Source: the human T2T-CHM13v2.0 reference genome, Homo sapiens
Assembly: GCF_009914755.1 (NCBI RefSeq)
Contig: NC_060931.1
Strand: one strand, 5' to 3'
DNA: 64,000 nucleotides
Of the stretch, positions 43,529 through 60,390 are shown one piece after another. Within the stretch, counting starts at the first letter, position 1, and every line of letters begins with the position of its first letter. The notes under the pieces are model-generated. The model did not search any database. It was given only the letters and a program-made list of their open reading frames with translations, and was not told the origin of the DNA. Made by a program: the position numbers and the translations under genes.

Positions 43529-45844
43529 GTAGCACACCTCATAGGGCTGAACAAAATTGGGAAAATGAGTGGGGAGCAGGAGAGAGAAGAGGGGTCTGTG
43601 GGACTCCAGCCTTTATTGGGCCCAGAACATTATCCAAATAAGTTTACCACGGGGCACTAGTCGGTGGGGAGAGTGCCAGCAGGCACATTTCTCAACTCCC
43701 GCTGCAATTGAGCAGGTCACTGTGGCGTGTGGGGGCTGTCCATGTGCACTCTGAGGTCTGTGGGGTGAGTTAGGTAGGTTGTATCCAACGGTTCCATAGC
43801 TGGTAGTCACCAGGAGGAGGCAACTGTATAGGGTCAATATCTGGGCCAGCCACACTGAGGAACTGTGAGGGTTAGAACTGGAAATTGTCAAGGGAATCCG
43901 AACCCAGCTACCATATGAGAGAGTTCAACTTATGTTCAATGTGAATGCCATGGCAATATTAAAAGGTAAGAATTCGCTCCATACGTGCTTGAGGTAAATA
44001 GGAGAAACCTAGAATTTATGTAAACAGTGAGAATATTGGATGCGTTTTATGTCATATATTTTAATATTAGCAGCTTATTATATATGTCAATCCATCAGGC
44101 ATTCAGAAACACATGCTGATGAAAATGTTTTGCACCATCAGACAAAAGACAAGGATAGAAGACATTTGTAACCCTATAAACACTAGTAAATTAAAAACAG
44201 AAGGACCTTTATGTCCTAACATATCTGTGTTGTGAAAGGCTGCCCTGTGAAATACGGGATTTCTTAAACATATTTTAAAAACCATAGGTGTCAATATTTT
44301 TTAGAAATCCATTTAAATTTTCTCTTGCTATTTTAAAATGCCTATTTATTTATTTAGTTGCTCTGCTGATTTTGATGTATATCCTAAACTTTATATTTTT
44401 TTTAAAGGATGTTTTATACAACTTTATGTAAAATGTATCGGTATCTTCACATTCTCTCCCTGTCCTTTTGTTTTGCTCTTATATGATGTTCTTGAGTATT
44501 TTCTCTGGCTTTTCAAACCTAGTAAGACTAAGACACTAAAGTAACTTTGCCCATGGTTTGGTAATGCCTTCTAAAGCACTTCCTAAGCTCTCATGCATAC
44601 AGGGGTCTCCTTTGAGCTCTGTGCTTTTGAGATCCCATAAACCTAAATTCCAGTACTCCAAATCAGTACTGCTCAGTTTTAGTGACTAAGTTTAAAAATG
44701 TATTTTAATAGCATGTTATCTTAGTGCACTCTTGCTTCTTTCTTGACTGCTTGTATACATGTATATTCCTTTAAATGAATCTTGGAATTTATTTAAAAAT
44801 TTTAAATTATACTAATGAAACTGTATATTGTTGTGAATTCATAAGTGAATTTGGAAAGGATTTGTCTTTATGATACTAAATCTTTTTTATCCAAGAATCA
44901 TATGGGTCTTTGTATTTATTCCAGTCTATATTTATATCACTAAGTATATAGAAATGTAGATACATACAGCTGTAGTTATAGATACAAATACAGATATAAC
45001 ATGTTAAATCTATATCTATCCCATATAACATATATTCCTGTTATATGTGTGTGTGTATATATACATATGATTATGTTATTAAAGAGCTCCCTTAAAATTT
45101 TTCTTTTAATTCCCATATAATTTTAGGTCGAGCTTGAATTTTCCTTGTATAAACAAGCAAATATTTATACTAGTTTTAATACTGATGTTTAGACATTGTA
45201 TCTTATTTTAGCATTGAATATTTTCACAATTACTATAAATATTATCTAATAAAAATGTACCAGTTAAAACTATTTAAAATTTTACCTTTGAATTATTTTA
45301 TTGTTGAATTAAAATTCCTTTAATATGATAGTAAATTTCTATGTTATGCTTTCTCTATGCATATGCAAATTAATCTATCCACTTCTCTATCTCTTTGTAG
45401 TGTCACGAAAATCAGGCCTCTCTTCTTCTAATGGACATACACATGTTTCCATATAGTATATCAGACCCTTTATAACATTTAAAATCTTTAAAGACATGAA
45501 TATAACCTTTTGACAAATATATTTTAGCATGTACTGAGTATCCCCTATTTATTTTTAATTTGGGCTAATCAATATGATTAGTAATATTATTGGATTACCA
45601 AATTTTGAAACACACTTTCATCCCCAAGGTGGATATTTGTTTTATTTTTTTTTTGGCAATTTCTTGTCTTACTGTTTCAAATATTGTTGGATATTATTTA
45701 TATTTTATTTAGCATTTTAGTATCAACATTTGTAATTCAGGTACACTACATATTTTTTCTTCAATATCTGGAGGGTTTTATAATTACTGCTATATTGGAT
45801 TTGTAGTAGACATTGACAAAAATTATTCCTGTATGTTTTATAGC

Positions 45845-46398
45845 TGTATGAGGGAAACTAATATATTTTACCCCTAAATATATTTCCTTGATATATTTCA
45901 AAATGGCTATTGAGAAGGGCTGGAAATGCAAAGTTAGCTGCAAAGTTGTCTTGGGGAGATTTTTATCGGTATAGAATCAGCTTTGATGCAGCCAGGCTTT
46001 CTATGAGGTCTGCCCCCTTGTCTGGATCTAGGAAAGTTTAACTGAGAGTCTGAGGTCTCCAAAGGTCTGAAAGAAACATTTTCTGTCTATTCTCTCTGAG
46101 GACTGCTCCCAGTGAGGTTCCACCTATGTAATAAGCCCACTGTTGCTAGCCAGGGTCGTTTCCTCACATAACCTTCCTCTTTTTTTCCCTGTGATCCAAG
46201 ACCCCATTCTTTCTGTAAACTTCATGTGGTAGATAAGCTTCTGCACGCATCGTGTGTCTGGGTCTTCGTTCTAAGGGCTCCAGTGTACACACATTGCAGA
46301 AACCTGTATGCCTTTTCTACTATTTATCTGCCTCCTATTAGTGATTTTCAGGGAAACTTCAGAAGGCAAAAGGGACATTCTCCTTTAGACCATTCTCA
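45845..46398 (+). mobile_element. MER34-family ERV1 LTR
   Basis: 'ttttacccctaaatatatttccttgatatatttcaaaatggctatt', 'ttgtctggatctaggaaag', 'ggtctgaaagaaacatt'. Confidence 0.7.
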
Positions 46399-46579
46399 GA
46401 CAAAATCCCCCAACATTTAACTGATTCCTAACAGTTTAAAATCACTTTGAAAAATCCATATATTTATAATGTTTTCTTCCCTCTATGATTTCTGGTCAGC
46501 TTGGGTTTTGTTTTTCATTCCGTTTTCTTCATCCTCGAAAAGATCTATTTTATGTCTATTTATTCTCATTTATGGACAT

Positions 46580-47033
46580 TGAGAAAAGAAAATAACTGTC
46601 ATGTGAGAAATGCAAGTCCTTTTAAATAATCAGGCCCAGAGAGATATTCAAATGAGACAGCAGTTCTGTCCTGCTCCTCTTTGAGCTGTGTGTTCATCTA
46701 GGCTGCTTGCTGTTGCCACAGTAGCTATAAATTAACCAATAACGCCACACTAGACACTATAACCCACACCCAATAATAGTGTAACAGTGTATAGCCAGTC
46801 ACTAATAAATGTTATTTCCATAAGCCAATGAGAATTTGTGACAAACCTCTTTGCATCATCCCACTTCTGGAACCATTTTTGCCTTTAAGAAACTGCTTGT
46901 TGCAAAGCTCCAAAGGGAGTTCATATCCAAGGATACTTGGGTCTGTTTCTTCCAGGCAGCTGTCCTCATTGTGGCTCACGTAATCTCTTTGAATTACGTT
47001 TTGTTCTTCAGCCCATTCCACTTAGATTAACAA
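46580..47033 (+). mobile_element. ERV solo LTR (family uncertain)
   Basis: About 450 bp with CCAAT boxes, 'gcctttaagaa', 'gggtctgtttcttccaggcagctgtcctca..ggctc', ending '..ttagattaaca'. Confidence 0.5.
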
Positions 47034-47147
47034 CATGGATTTGTGTCACCATGTGCAGCAATTAAAATGTTTACACTTTTCCCCTCGAGGGCACTGATGT
47101 GTTTTCCTGAGCACTTGGAATAGCTACATAGTGTTTCCTGTCTAGAT

Positions 47148-47342
47148 TATGGTTTCTGAAACTTGGTGCTACTTACCTTTAGGACCAGAGGATTCTTTGT
47201 TGTGGGAGGCTGCCCTAGCAATGCTAGGTGTTTCGATTGACCTCTAAATTTCACACCTCCACCAGTCTTGACATCCCCACAATAACCCTAGACATTGACA
47301 AATATGTCCTGGGGACAACTCTACACAAGTTGACAGGCAATG
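47148..47342. mobile_element. MER20 DNA transposon fossil
   Basis: 'attctttgttgtgggaggctgccct', 'agacattgacaaatatgtcctgggg'. Confidence 0.7.
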
Positions 47343-47719
47343 TTCTGGAAATATTGGAATTGTCAATTGAGATTTTATGTTATCCCAAACAAATATTTTT
47401 CTTTGTTTTTAAACATCTACTTCCATCTACTTATCTACTTATTTTTACTTTTATTTTTACCTTAATTCCATCAAGGAGACAGAGTGCATTTTCTGTTATG
47501 CTAAATTTTTGAAGAATGTGTTGATTTTTTATGACCTGATATATGGATGATATGTAGCTATTACATGTTTGTATTATCAAATTTCAGGGTGGTAATAAAA
47601 TAAATACTTATAATATTTATATTGTCACTGTATATTAGTTATTTTCTTTCTTCACTACAGGAGTTTTTCAACCTATAGGCTATTTTTCACTTCTAGGTTA
47701 TCCAGTAGATTTTGAAATG

Positions 47720-48102
47720 TTTTTTTTTTTATTATACATTAAGTTTTAGGGTACATGTGCACATTGTGCAGGTTAGTTACATATGTATACATGTGCCATG
47801 CTGGTGCGCTGCACCCACTAACCTGTCATCTAGCATTAGGTATATCTCCCAATGCTATCCCTCCCCCCTCCCCCGACCCCACCACAGTCCCCGAGTGTGA
47901 TATTCCCCTTCCTGTGTCCATGTGATCTCATTGTTCAATTCCCACCTATGAGTGAGAATATGCCGTGTTTGGTTTTTTGTTCTTGCGATAGTTTACTGAG
48001 AATGATAGTTTCCAATTTCATCCATGTCCCTACAAAGGACATGAACTCATCATTTTTTATGGCTGCATAGTATTCCATGGTGTATATGTGCCACATTTTC
48101 TT
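47720..48102 (-). mobile_element. Young, severely 5'-truncated L1 (pre-Ta/L1PA2-age), about 380 bp
   Basis: T11 tail, L1HS-like 3' UTR ('ccccgaccccaccacagtcc'), DEFMSF state, A rather than G near the 3' end; no clear TSD. Confidence 0.93.
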
Positions 48103-48691
48103 GTGATTAAATATCTACTTCTCAAGCATTCATCTTTGCAAATGAAACAATCCCAAGCTCTTATAATGCACATCATATAAAGGGCAGATTAGACAATATA
48201 TGGTTCAGAAATAATTATGTAATATTTATAGGAAAATTAAAAATTTAGATCCTTAACTCAGATAACAATAATCCAAATTAAAATTTGATTTCATTACATA
48301 ATTTAAAATGACACCAGAATACTAGTAAAAATGTAGATAAGTTTATATGATCTTTTTTAGCTGTAGGACTTTATTAGCATAAATTGAAATGCAGGATCCA
48401 AAGTAAGATTGAGACCTATAGTCAAAGGTTAAAATGTACACATTATAGGGGCATGATTCAACTAATTTAAAGCATAATAAATGGAGAAATATTGCAAAAC
48501 ATACATTTTACTGAATTAATTGTTAATATCTAATCATTATGTGAGAACAAAATGAAAGAGTAGCTACACAGGCACACACCCACACACAACTGCAATATTG
48601 TCAAATAAACGATGTTCAGCTACACTAGAAATCACACCTGTGTTTTCTCCACAGAAGAGCAAAGGTTAAAAATCACAATATTATTTATTGT

Positions 48692-49630
<939 letters not shown>

Positions 49631-50996
49631 AAAAGACAAATATATAGGTGACAAATAATATTTAGAGTGTAAGACGCTTTTTAAATGTATATTTGCAATT
49701 TGTGTCATAACACTTAAGTATACATTTGTTACTTTAACTATAAAATTTCAAATACTTTAAGCCAAATACATAGTATATGCAGAAAATTAGCAATATATCT
49801 ATGTAGCACCTTACTGTGAGTTACTGTAACCAACCCTCTAACATAAAGAAGTAATTAAGGTAGCACCTACTTTTCAAATATAGCATTTTTTTCTCAGACC
49901 TATTAAATAAGACAAATAACATTTAAACTTTATTTTTAAATTTGCAGAATAGTAGTTTTCAGCAGATGGTTTATTTTAGCAAATTCCATCTTTATGTTGT
50001 GCTATGCTTTTATGAGTTCCAGCTGTTAACGGATATTTTACTGCTGAAACTATCATGTGTGATATAATTGCTCATTATGTGCCTTAAAACACAAGCAATA
50101 AAATTATTTTTAACTTGGAGCAAATTAAAATCTTATCAGCAATTTAAAAACTCTAGAGTCGTCTTCTTCTGGTTAATTATTTTAAACTTGTATTTTTCTC
50201 TTTATGTTTTTAGTGAGTTGTCTTATCAAGGAGAAGAACTCAAGCTGATTATTCTTTTTTTTCTCTTCCATCCACCTCGCAGGTGTGTTAATAATTTCAT
50301 TTCTCAGAAAATGTTCTTTCATATCCATCTTACAAGGTGAGAGACCTTTCAATATCTTCCATTCCGATGTCATACGAGTAATGGAACATATTCCAGCTTC
50401 ATGAATATGGTGATACAAATAGTTATGCGTCTAACCTCTTTCAGTGCCAAATGTTTACTTTACTCAGTGAATTACTCAGTTGACTGGTAATTTCTTCTGA
50501 AATCACTAATGAGAGGATCAGAGGTCTGGCTGTGGTCTGTACCTCATGTGAATCCCATTGCAGACAATTGTTTCTATGGAGCACAGACAGTTGAAAGGAT
50601 TGAATTCCTGCCTAGAATAGTGTCTGCTCTGCTTCTTATCCTTCTTGTGGAGATTTCAGATTATCTGAATTGCTTTTCTATCTTAAGAAAAAACGCAACA
50701 ATTCTCCCTCCTGAGGGGAATGTAAACTGTAGTAAGTTAGCAGAACCAATACATAAAGTTTTCACATTGCTTGTTGCAAAATGCAGCACTGGTGTCTCCA
50801 TTGCTAACCTTTTCTATGCCTCATTGTTCTTTCTTTGACTGCAATAGGATACCTCTAGGCAAATCTGTATTCCCGAGACAGAGTGCCCTTTTGGTGAACT
50901 ATAAGCACACTCAATGGTAGGCTGAAATACTAGCTTTTATCTATGACAAAATGGAATCATGTCAGTGATTTTTTTTTAAAAAGGAAATGTAACACT

Positions 50997-51130
50997 TGCT
51001 ATGGTTTGAATGCTTGCCCCTTCCAATCTCATGTTAAAATTTTATCCCCAATGTTGCAGGTGGGGCTCACTGGGAGGTGTTTGTTCATGGGGGGTTGGAC
51101 CTTCATGAATGGATAATACCCTCCCTTAGG
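50997..51130 (+). mobile_element. MST MaLR LTR 5' fragment
   Basis: 'tgctatggtttgaatg..ctcatgttaaaa..atccccaatgttg..ggtgggg..tgggaggtgttt'. Confidence 0.7.
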
Positions 51131-52718
51131 AATCTAAAGCTATCCTCCCTCCTCGGTGCCCTCAGGAATGAGTGTACTATTCTTTATTCACCTATAATTC
51201 CCCCACCCATCCTTTTTGAGATATTGATTGCATGTATGTTACACTGCTGCATATTGTCTGATGTATCAGTGAGTTTCTGGCTTTCTTATTTTAGTTTACC
51301 ATTTGTCCTTTAGTTTGTAAATCTTCTATTTTGTTCTATAAATTTTCTGATGTTAGGGTAAAATCCATTACTTATTCTATCTCATGGAATTTTTATTTCA
51401 AATATTTATTTTTCATCTATATATGTCACATTTTTCATTTTATAACTTCTATTTTTCTCCTATGTTCAATTTTCATTTAAGTACCTTGACATATATATGT
51501 ATTTATCTATATGTATTTATAAAATATATTTACTTTAAGGACCTTGAAATTTCCTTCTTCTCTGTCATTTATAAATGACTTATTTTTATTCTGTTAATAT
51601 ATGTCTTAATTATATTTATCTTACAGCTTCTTTGCATGTCAGAGTTTTTTTGGGGGGTATTTTGGTGTTATGCTATTGAATATCTAGATTTGATTGGCTA
51701 CCTTTGAACAATGTTGTGGCAGGCAGTTCAGTAACTTCAGGATGAGTATTTGTCTGTTGTTGTTTTAAATCTTCTCTTTAAACTTTGTCGAGTTAGTCTA
51801 GAGCCATCTGTAATTTGGAGCTACATGAGCACTGTCACTAGGGCATGAACCTCCAGTGGTCTTTTCTGAATATCCTGGAGGTACAGAGGGGATTCCCTTC
51901 TCTGGCTGGTCAGAGCTAATGTGTCTTCCTGTCATGTGATGCCAGGGAAATGTTCTTCTTCCAACTCCCTGGTACAGTCCTTTGCTCAGCTCCTTAGAAT
52001 TTCATCCTATGTACATTTGGCTTAGGGACTTGGGAGAATCCTTAGGCTGATTCTTGGTTCCTTTTTCTGTAAACGTTCTCTTCTACTACACATTCCAGCT
52101 GCTTAACCTTTTTTGATTTTTATCGGGTTCCTCAGTGCAATGACAATGTCTGTTCTCTCTGGGATTCCTCTCTACTGCTGTCTCGGAGAATCTGGGAATA
52201 AAGCAGGACTCATTCTGGCTCCTTCTCTTCTCTTGCAGAGCACAGTCCTGTGCTGCCTGATGTTCAGTACTTCAAAAAAATGTTTCATATACTTTGTCCA
52301 GTTTACTATTCTTTAACTCTAAAAGCGCAACTCCAGTCCCAGTTACAGCATCATGTTCTGTAGCTCTACTCCTTGTTGCTTCATTCTGCCATTGTCTGGT
52401 ATGATCTCCCCTTTCCCTTCTGTAATCAGGCCAAGAGCATAATATAATACTAGTTATAACTGCACAGGTTGCCTCCGTTGTGTAAAAAAAATCACTGAGA
52501 CTTAACTGTGTCCAACTTTAAAATGTGAATTTAAGTACAACTAAAGCTATATTTTGGTTAATATTTGCATTGTATGCTTTTCCATTATTTACTTTCAACA
52601 TATGTGAAATATGAATATAAAATAAAAACTTTAAGAGAGTCCATTTAAATATCTGGTCTGGTTATGTTTTACCTGGTTTAATACAACATGCATTCTTTTT
52701 TTTTTTTTTTTTTTTTTT

Positions 52719-53175
52719 AAGCAATATATTTAATAATATTTAGAACAAGGTTCTGCAGACCCAATTATATTTAGTTAATTTAATTGAAATGTTTTTAAAT
52801 ATATTGTTTCATTGCATTGATCACTAACTTTGAAGGGATTTATTTTTATTAACTTGCAGCATAGAAAGGAGTAAAAATAAACAATACTCATATTTTCCCC
52901 AGTTAATGAAAATAAACAAGTATTAGTAAAAAGCTTCTGATCTCTAAGAGTACATAATAGAATTCTTTTTGAGAATAACTGCTGTTTTGACAAATACCAT
53001 ATCCTTCAAGACAAATCGAACAACCAAAAGACAATCTGCCTTTATTTCTCAAAATGACTTTGACCTCAAATTCTGAAACTGACAGGGTGACTTTGCTCAG
53101 TGAATAAATATGATACAGAACCTTTTAGAGGGAATCGAATATGCCGAATACCCAAGTGATCTCTCTGTCTCTCTC
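52719..53175 (-). other. L1-mediated 3' transduction (457 bp of non-L1 sequence)
   Basis: Lies between the L1 poly(A) and a second poly(A), inside the TSD pair; ATTAAA (minus strand, 52729-52734) 10 nt before the distal poly(A). Confidence 0.93.
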
Positions 53176-53398
53176 TTTTTTTTTTTTTTTTTTATTATAC
53201 TCTAAGTTTTAGGGTACATGTGCACATTGTGCAGGTTAGTTACATATGTATACATGTGCCATGCTGGTGCGCTGCACCCACTAACCTGTCATCTAGCATT
53301 AGGTATATCTCCCAATGCTATCCCTCCCCCCTTCCCCGACCCCACCACAGTCCCCAGAGTGTGATATTCCCCTTCCTGTGTCCATGTGATCTCATTGT

Positions 53399-57250
<3,852 letters not shown>

Positions 57251-57289
57251 TCATTAGTTGATGCAGTTTCTTCCTAGTCTCGATGGTCT

Positions 57290-58270
57290 TTACATTTTGG
57301 CATGATTTTGCAGCGGCTGGTACCGGTTGTTCCTTTCCATGTTTAGCGCTTCCTTCAGGAGCTCTTTTAGGGCAGGCCTGGTGGTGACAAAATCTCTCAA
57401 CATTTGCTTGTCTATAAAGTATTTTATTTCTCCTTCACTTATGAAGCTTAGTTTGGCTGGATATGAAATTCTGGGTTGAAAATTCTTTTCTTTAAGAATG
57501 TTGAATATTGGCCCCCACTCTCTTCTGGCTTGTAGGGTTTCTGCCGAGAGATCCGCTGTTAGTCTGATGGGCTTTCCTTTGAGGGTAACCCGACCTTTCT
57601 CTCTGGCTGCCCTTAACATTTTTTCCTTCATTTCAACTTTGGTGAATCTGACAATTATGTGTCTTGGAGTTGCTCTTCTCGAGGAGTATCTTTGTGGCGT
57701 TCTCTGTATTTCCTGAATCTGAACGTTGGCCTGCCTTGCTAGATTGGGGAAGTTCTCCTGGATAATATCCTGCAGAGTGTTTTCCAACTTGGTTCCATTC
57801 TCCACATCACTTTCAGGTACACCAATCAGACGTAGATTTGGTCTTTTCACATAGTCCCATATTTCTCTAAACTTCCCTTCTCGCTTCATTTCATTCATTT
57901 CATCTTCCATTGCTGATACCCTTTCTTCCAGTTGATCGCATCGGCTCCTGAGGCTTCTGCATTCTTCACGTAGTTCTCGAGCCTTGGTTTTCAGCTCCAT
58001 CAGCTCCTTTAAGCACTTCTCTGTATTGGTTATTCTAGTTATACATTCTTCTAAATTTTTTTCAAAGTTTTCAACTTCTTTGCCTTTGGTTTGAATGTCC
58101 TCCCGTAGCTCAGAGTAATTTGATCGTCTGAAGCCTTCTTCTCTCAGCTCGTCAAAATCATTCTCCATCCAGCTTTGTTCTGTTGCTGGTGAGGAACTGC
58201 GTTCCTTTGGAGGAGGAGAGGCGCTCTGCGTTTTAGAGTTTCCAGTTTTTCTGTTCTGTTTTTTCCCCAT
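57290..58270 (-). CDS. L1RE1: LINE-1 ORF1p, 326 aa, with an in-frame 12-aa coiled-coil deletion
   Basis: MGKKQNRK start, ARR, REKG and YPAKLS motifs; reads GKFRE|IWDY where the 338-aa consensus has GKFRE-KRIKRNEQSLQE-IWDY; symbol denotes the protein family, not this locus. Confidence 0.96.
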   Translation of the reverse strand: MGKKQNRKTGNSKTQSASPPPKERSSSPATEQSWMENDFDELREEGFRRSNYSELREDIQTKGKEVENFEKNLEECITRITNTEKCLKELMELKTKARELREECRSLRSRCDQLEERVSAMEDEMNEMKREGKFREIWDYVKRPNLRLIGVPESDVENGTKLENTLQDIIQENFPNLARQANVQIQEIQRTPQRYSSRRATPRHIIVRFTKVEMKEKMLRAAREKGRVTLKGKPIRLTADLSAETLQARREWGPIFNILKEKNFQPRISYPAKLSFISEGEIKYFIDKQMLRDFVTTRPALKELLKEALNMERNNRYQPLQNHAKM

Positions 58271-59173
58271 CTTTGTGGTTTTATCTACTTTTGGTCTTTG
58301 ATGATGGTGATGTACAGATGGGTTTTCGGTGTAGATGTCCTTTCTGGTTGTTAGTTTTCCTTCTAACAGACAGGACCCTCAGCTGCAGGTCTGTTGGAAT
58401 ACCCTGCCGTGTGAGGTGTCAGTGTGCCCCTGCTGGGGGGTGCCTCCCAGTTAGGCTGCTCGGGGGTCAGGAGTCAGGGACCCACTTGAGGAGGCAGTCT
58501 GCCCGTTCTCAGATCTCCAGCTGCGTGCTGGGAGAACCACTGCTCTCTTCAAAGCTGTCAGACAGGGACACTTAAGTCTGCAGAGGTTACTGCTGTCTTT
58601 TTGTTTGTCTGTGCCCTGCCCCCAGAGGTGGAGCCTACAGAGGCAGGCAGGCCTCCTTGAGCTGTGGTGGGCTCCACCCAGTTCGAGCTTCCAGGCTGCT
58701 TTGTTTACCTAAGCAAGCCTGGGCAATGGCGGGCGCCCCTCCCCCAGCCTCGTTGCCGCCTTGCAGTTTGATCTCAGACTGCTGTGCTAGCAATCAGCGA
58801 GATTCCGTGGGCGTAGGACCCTCCGAGCCAGGTGTGGGATATAGTCTTGTGGTGCGCCGTTTCTTAAGCCGGTCTGAAAAGCGCAATATTCGGGTGGGAG
58901 TGACCCGATTTTCCAGGTGCGTCCGTCACCCCTTTCTTTGACTCGGAAAGGGAACTCCCTGACCCCTTGCGCTTCCCAGGTGAGGCAATGCCTCGCCCTG
59001 CTTCGGCTCGCGCACGGTGCGCACACACACTGGCCTGCGCCCACTGTCTGGCACTCCCTAGTGAGATGAACCCGGTACCTCAGATGGAAATGCAGAAATC
59101 ACCGTCTTCTGCGTCGCTCACGCTGGGAGCTGTAGACCGGAGCTGTTCCTATTCGGCCATCTTGGCTCCTCCC
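58271..59173 (-). promoter_or_regulatory. L1HS 5' UTR: internal sense promoter, CpG island, YY1 site and antisense promoter
   Basis: About 900 bp, CpG-rich; YY1 site AAGATGGCC at 59155-59163; GAAGACGGTGATTT (single-G deletion) and CTGACTCCTGA states match recalled Ta-1d/L1.3. Confidence 0.95.
58726..58941 (+). CDS. LINE-1 ORF0 (primate antisense ORF), intact 71 aa
   Basis: MAGAPPPASLPPCSLISDCCASNQRDSVGVGPSEPGVGYSLVVRRFLSRSEKRNIRVGVTRFSRCVRHPFL within track ORF 58657-58941; ATG at 58726 in 'gcaatgg' context. Confidence 0.92.
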   Translation: MAGAPPPASLPPCSLISDCCASNQRDSVGVGPSEPGVGYSLVVRRFLSRSEKRNIRVGVTRFSRCVRHPFL

Positions 59174-59186
59174 AACATGCATTCTT

Positions 59187-59900
59187 GAATTCAGGGTCTA
59201 ATATAATTGGTACATCTGTCTATTTCCAAAAAAAAAACAACAATATTTTAAAATTAATTTATCCAACTCACAGATAGGATTCTGTTATACAGTCAATATC
59301 CAATTAAATTTCTCTCTATGTTTGTTTCTTTCATTAAAAAATTGTTCTTCTAACTGCAAATTTTCATCAGGGATCATGGCCCTTCTAACTGAAGAATAAT
59401 CTTTAGTATTTCTTTTCCTGTGGGTCTGCTTGGGAGGAATTCTTTATTGTATCTTTGTTTTGATGGATATGTCCACCAAGTAGACAGTTCTATGTCAGCA
59501 CTTATTTTATTTCAGGACTTGAAAGATATCAATACCTCACTTGTTGGCTTTCGTTGTTTCATTTGAGAAAGTTGTTATCAGTCAACTCTTTCTCTTTGTA
59601 GTTAGCCCAATTTTTTTTATCAGGTGCTCTTTACATTTTTCTTTTACTTTCCAGAAATTGTCCCATTATGTTTCTAGATGTGTCCTCTGTGTGTGCTTTC
59701 CTTTGCTTGGAAAATCCTCCTGAACCTGTCGTTTAATATTATTGGTCAATTTTGTTAAAACCTCTAACATTGCCACTTAAAATGCTGTTCAGACAAGCTG
59801 TTTTCTCCTTCTTAGATTTCAACGTGTTATATTATTACTCTATCCTTCATATTTTTTAAATGACCTTTCTCTACAATTTTTTTTTACTTGGTTAATCTGT
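59187..59900 (-). mobile_element. Ancient L1M fossil (host site of the L1HS; probably continues at about 51250-52684)
   Basis: 'atacagtcaatatcca', 'ttctaactgaagaataatctttagtatttctt', 'tttcatttgagaaagttg' resemble reversed L1ME ORF1 end and inter-ORF. Confidence 0.55.
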
Positions 59901-59911
59901 ATTAGTGTATG

Positions 59912-60178
59912 TTTTGTTATTTTATTCTATTTTATTTTATTATTATACCTTAAGTTTTAGGATACATGTGCACCATGTGCAGGTTTGTAACATAAGTGTT
60001 CATGTGCCATGTTGGTGTGCTGCACCCATTAACTCGTCATTTAGCATTAGGTATATCTCCTAATGCTATCCCTCCCCACTCATCCCACCCCACAACAGTC
60101 CCCAAAGTGTGATGTTCCCCTTCCTTTGTCCATGTGTTCTCATTGTTCAATACCCACCTATGAATGATAACATGTGGT
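59912..60178 (-). mobile_element. L1PA4/5-like 3' UTR fragment ending at a rearrangement junction
   Basis: 'gcacccattaactcgtcatttagcattagg', 'ccacaacagtcccc', degenerate T-rich tail; stops at 'catgtggt' with no TSD. Confidence 0.88.
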
Positions 60179-60184
60179 TATCAC

Positions 60185-60390
60185 AATGAACAGAGAGTAA
60201 AATATATTGCAAACATACAGATAGACCAAATAAGAAACTGGGTTTTGAACCAAAAATACATTTAAAATTAGTTAAGCACTGCAATATGTATGATAAAAAG
60301 AAAATTATTAGGGCTGAAGTATTCAAGGAACCCTTAATTGACTGACAAGAGCAGAAAAGTGAGTATGACTTTGCAACTCTTTTTCTTTTT
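60185..60390 (+). repeat. Paralogous copy of the unique junction 13706-13912
   Basis: Manual alignment: about 10 substitutions and 1 indel in about 207 bp (about 95% identity); offset 46,479 bp. Confidence 0.97.

Noticed and set aside
52775-52993. 72-aa ORF inside the transduced segment as a shuffled exon
   Set aside because: AT-rich, no recognisable domain or convincing splice sites; chance ORF.
52719-53175. Naming the transduction as that of a known source L1 such as LRE2 or LRE3
   Set aside because: I cannot match the sequence from memory; a database search is required.
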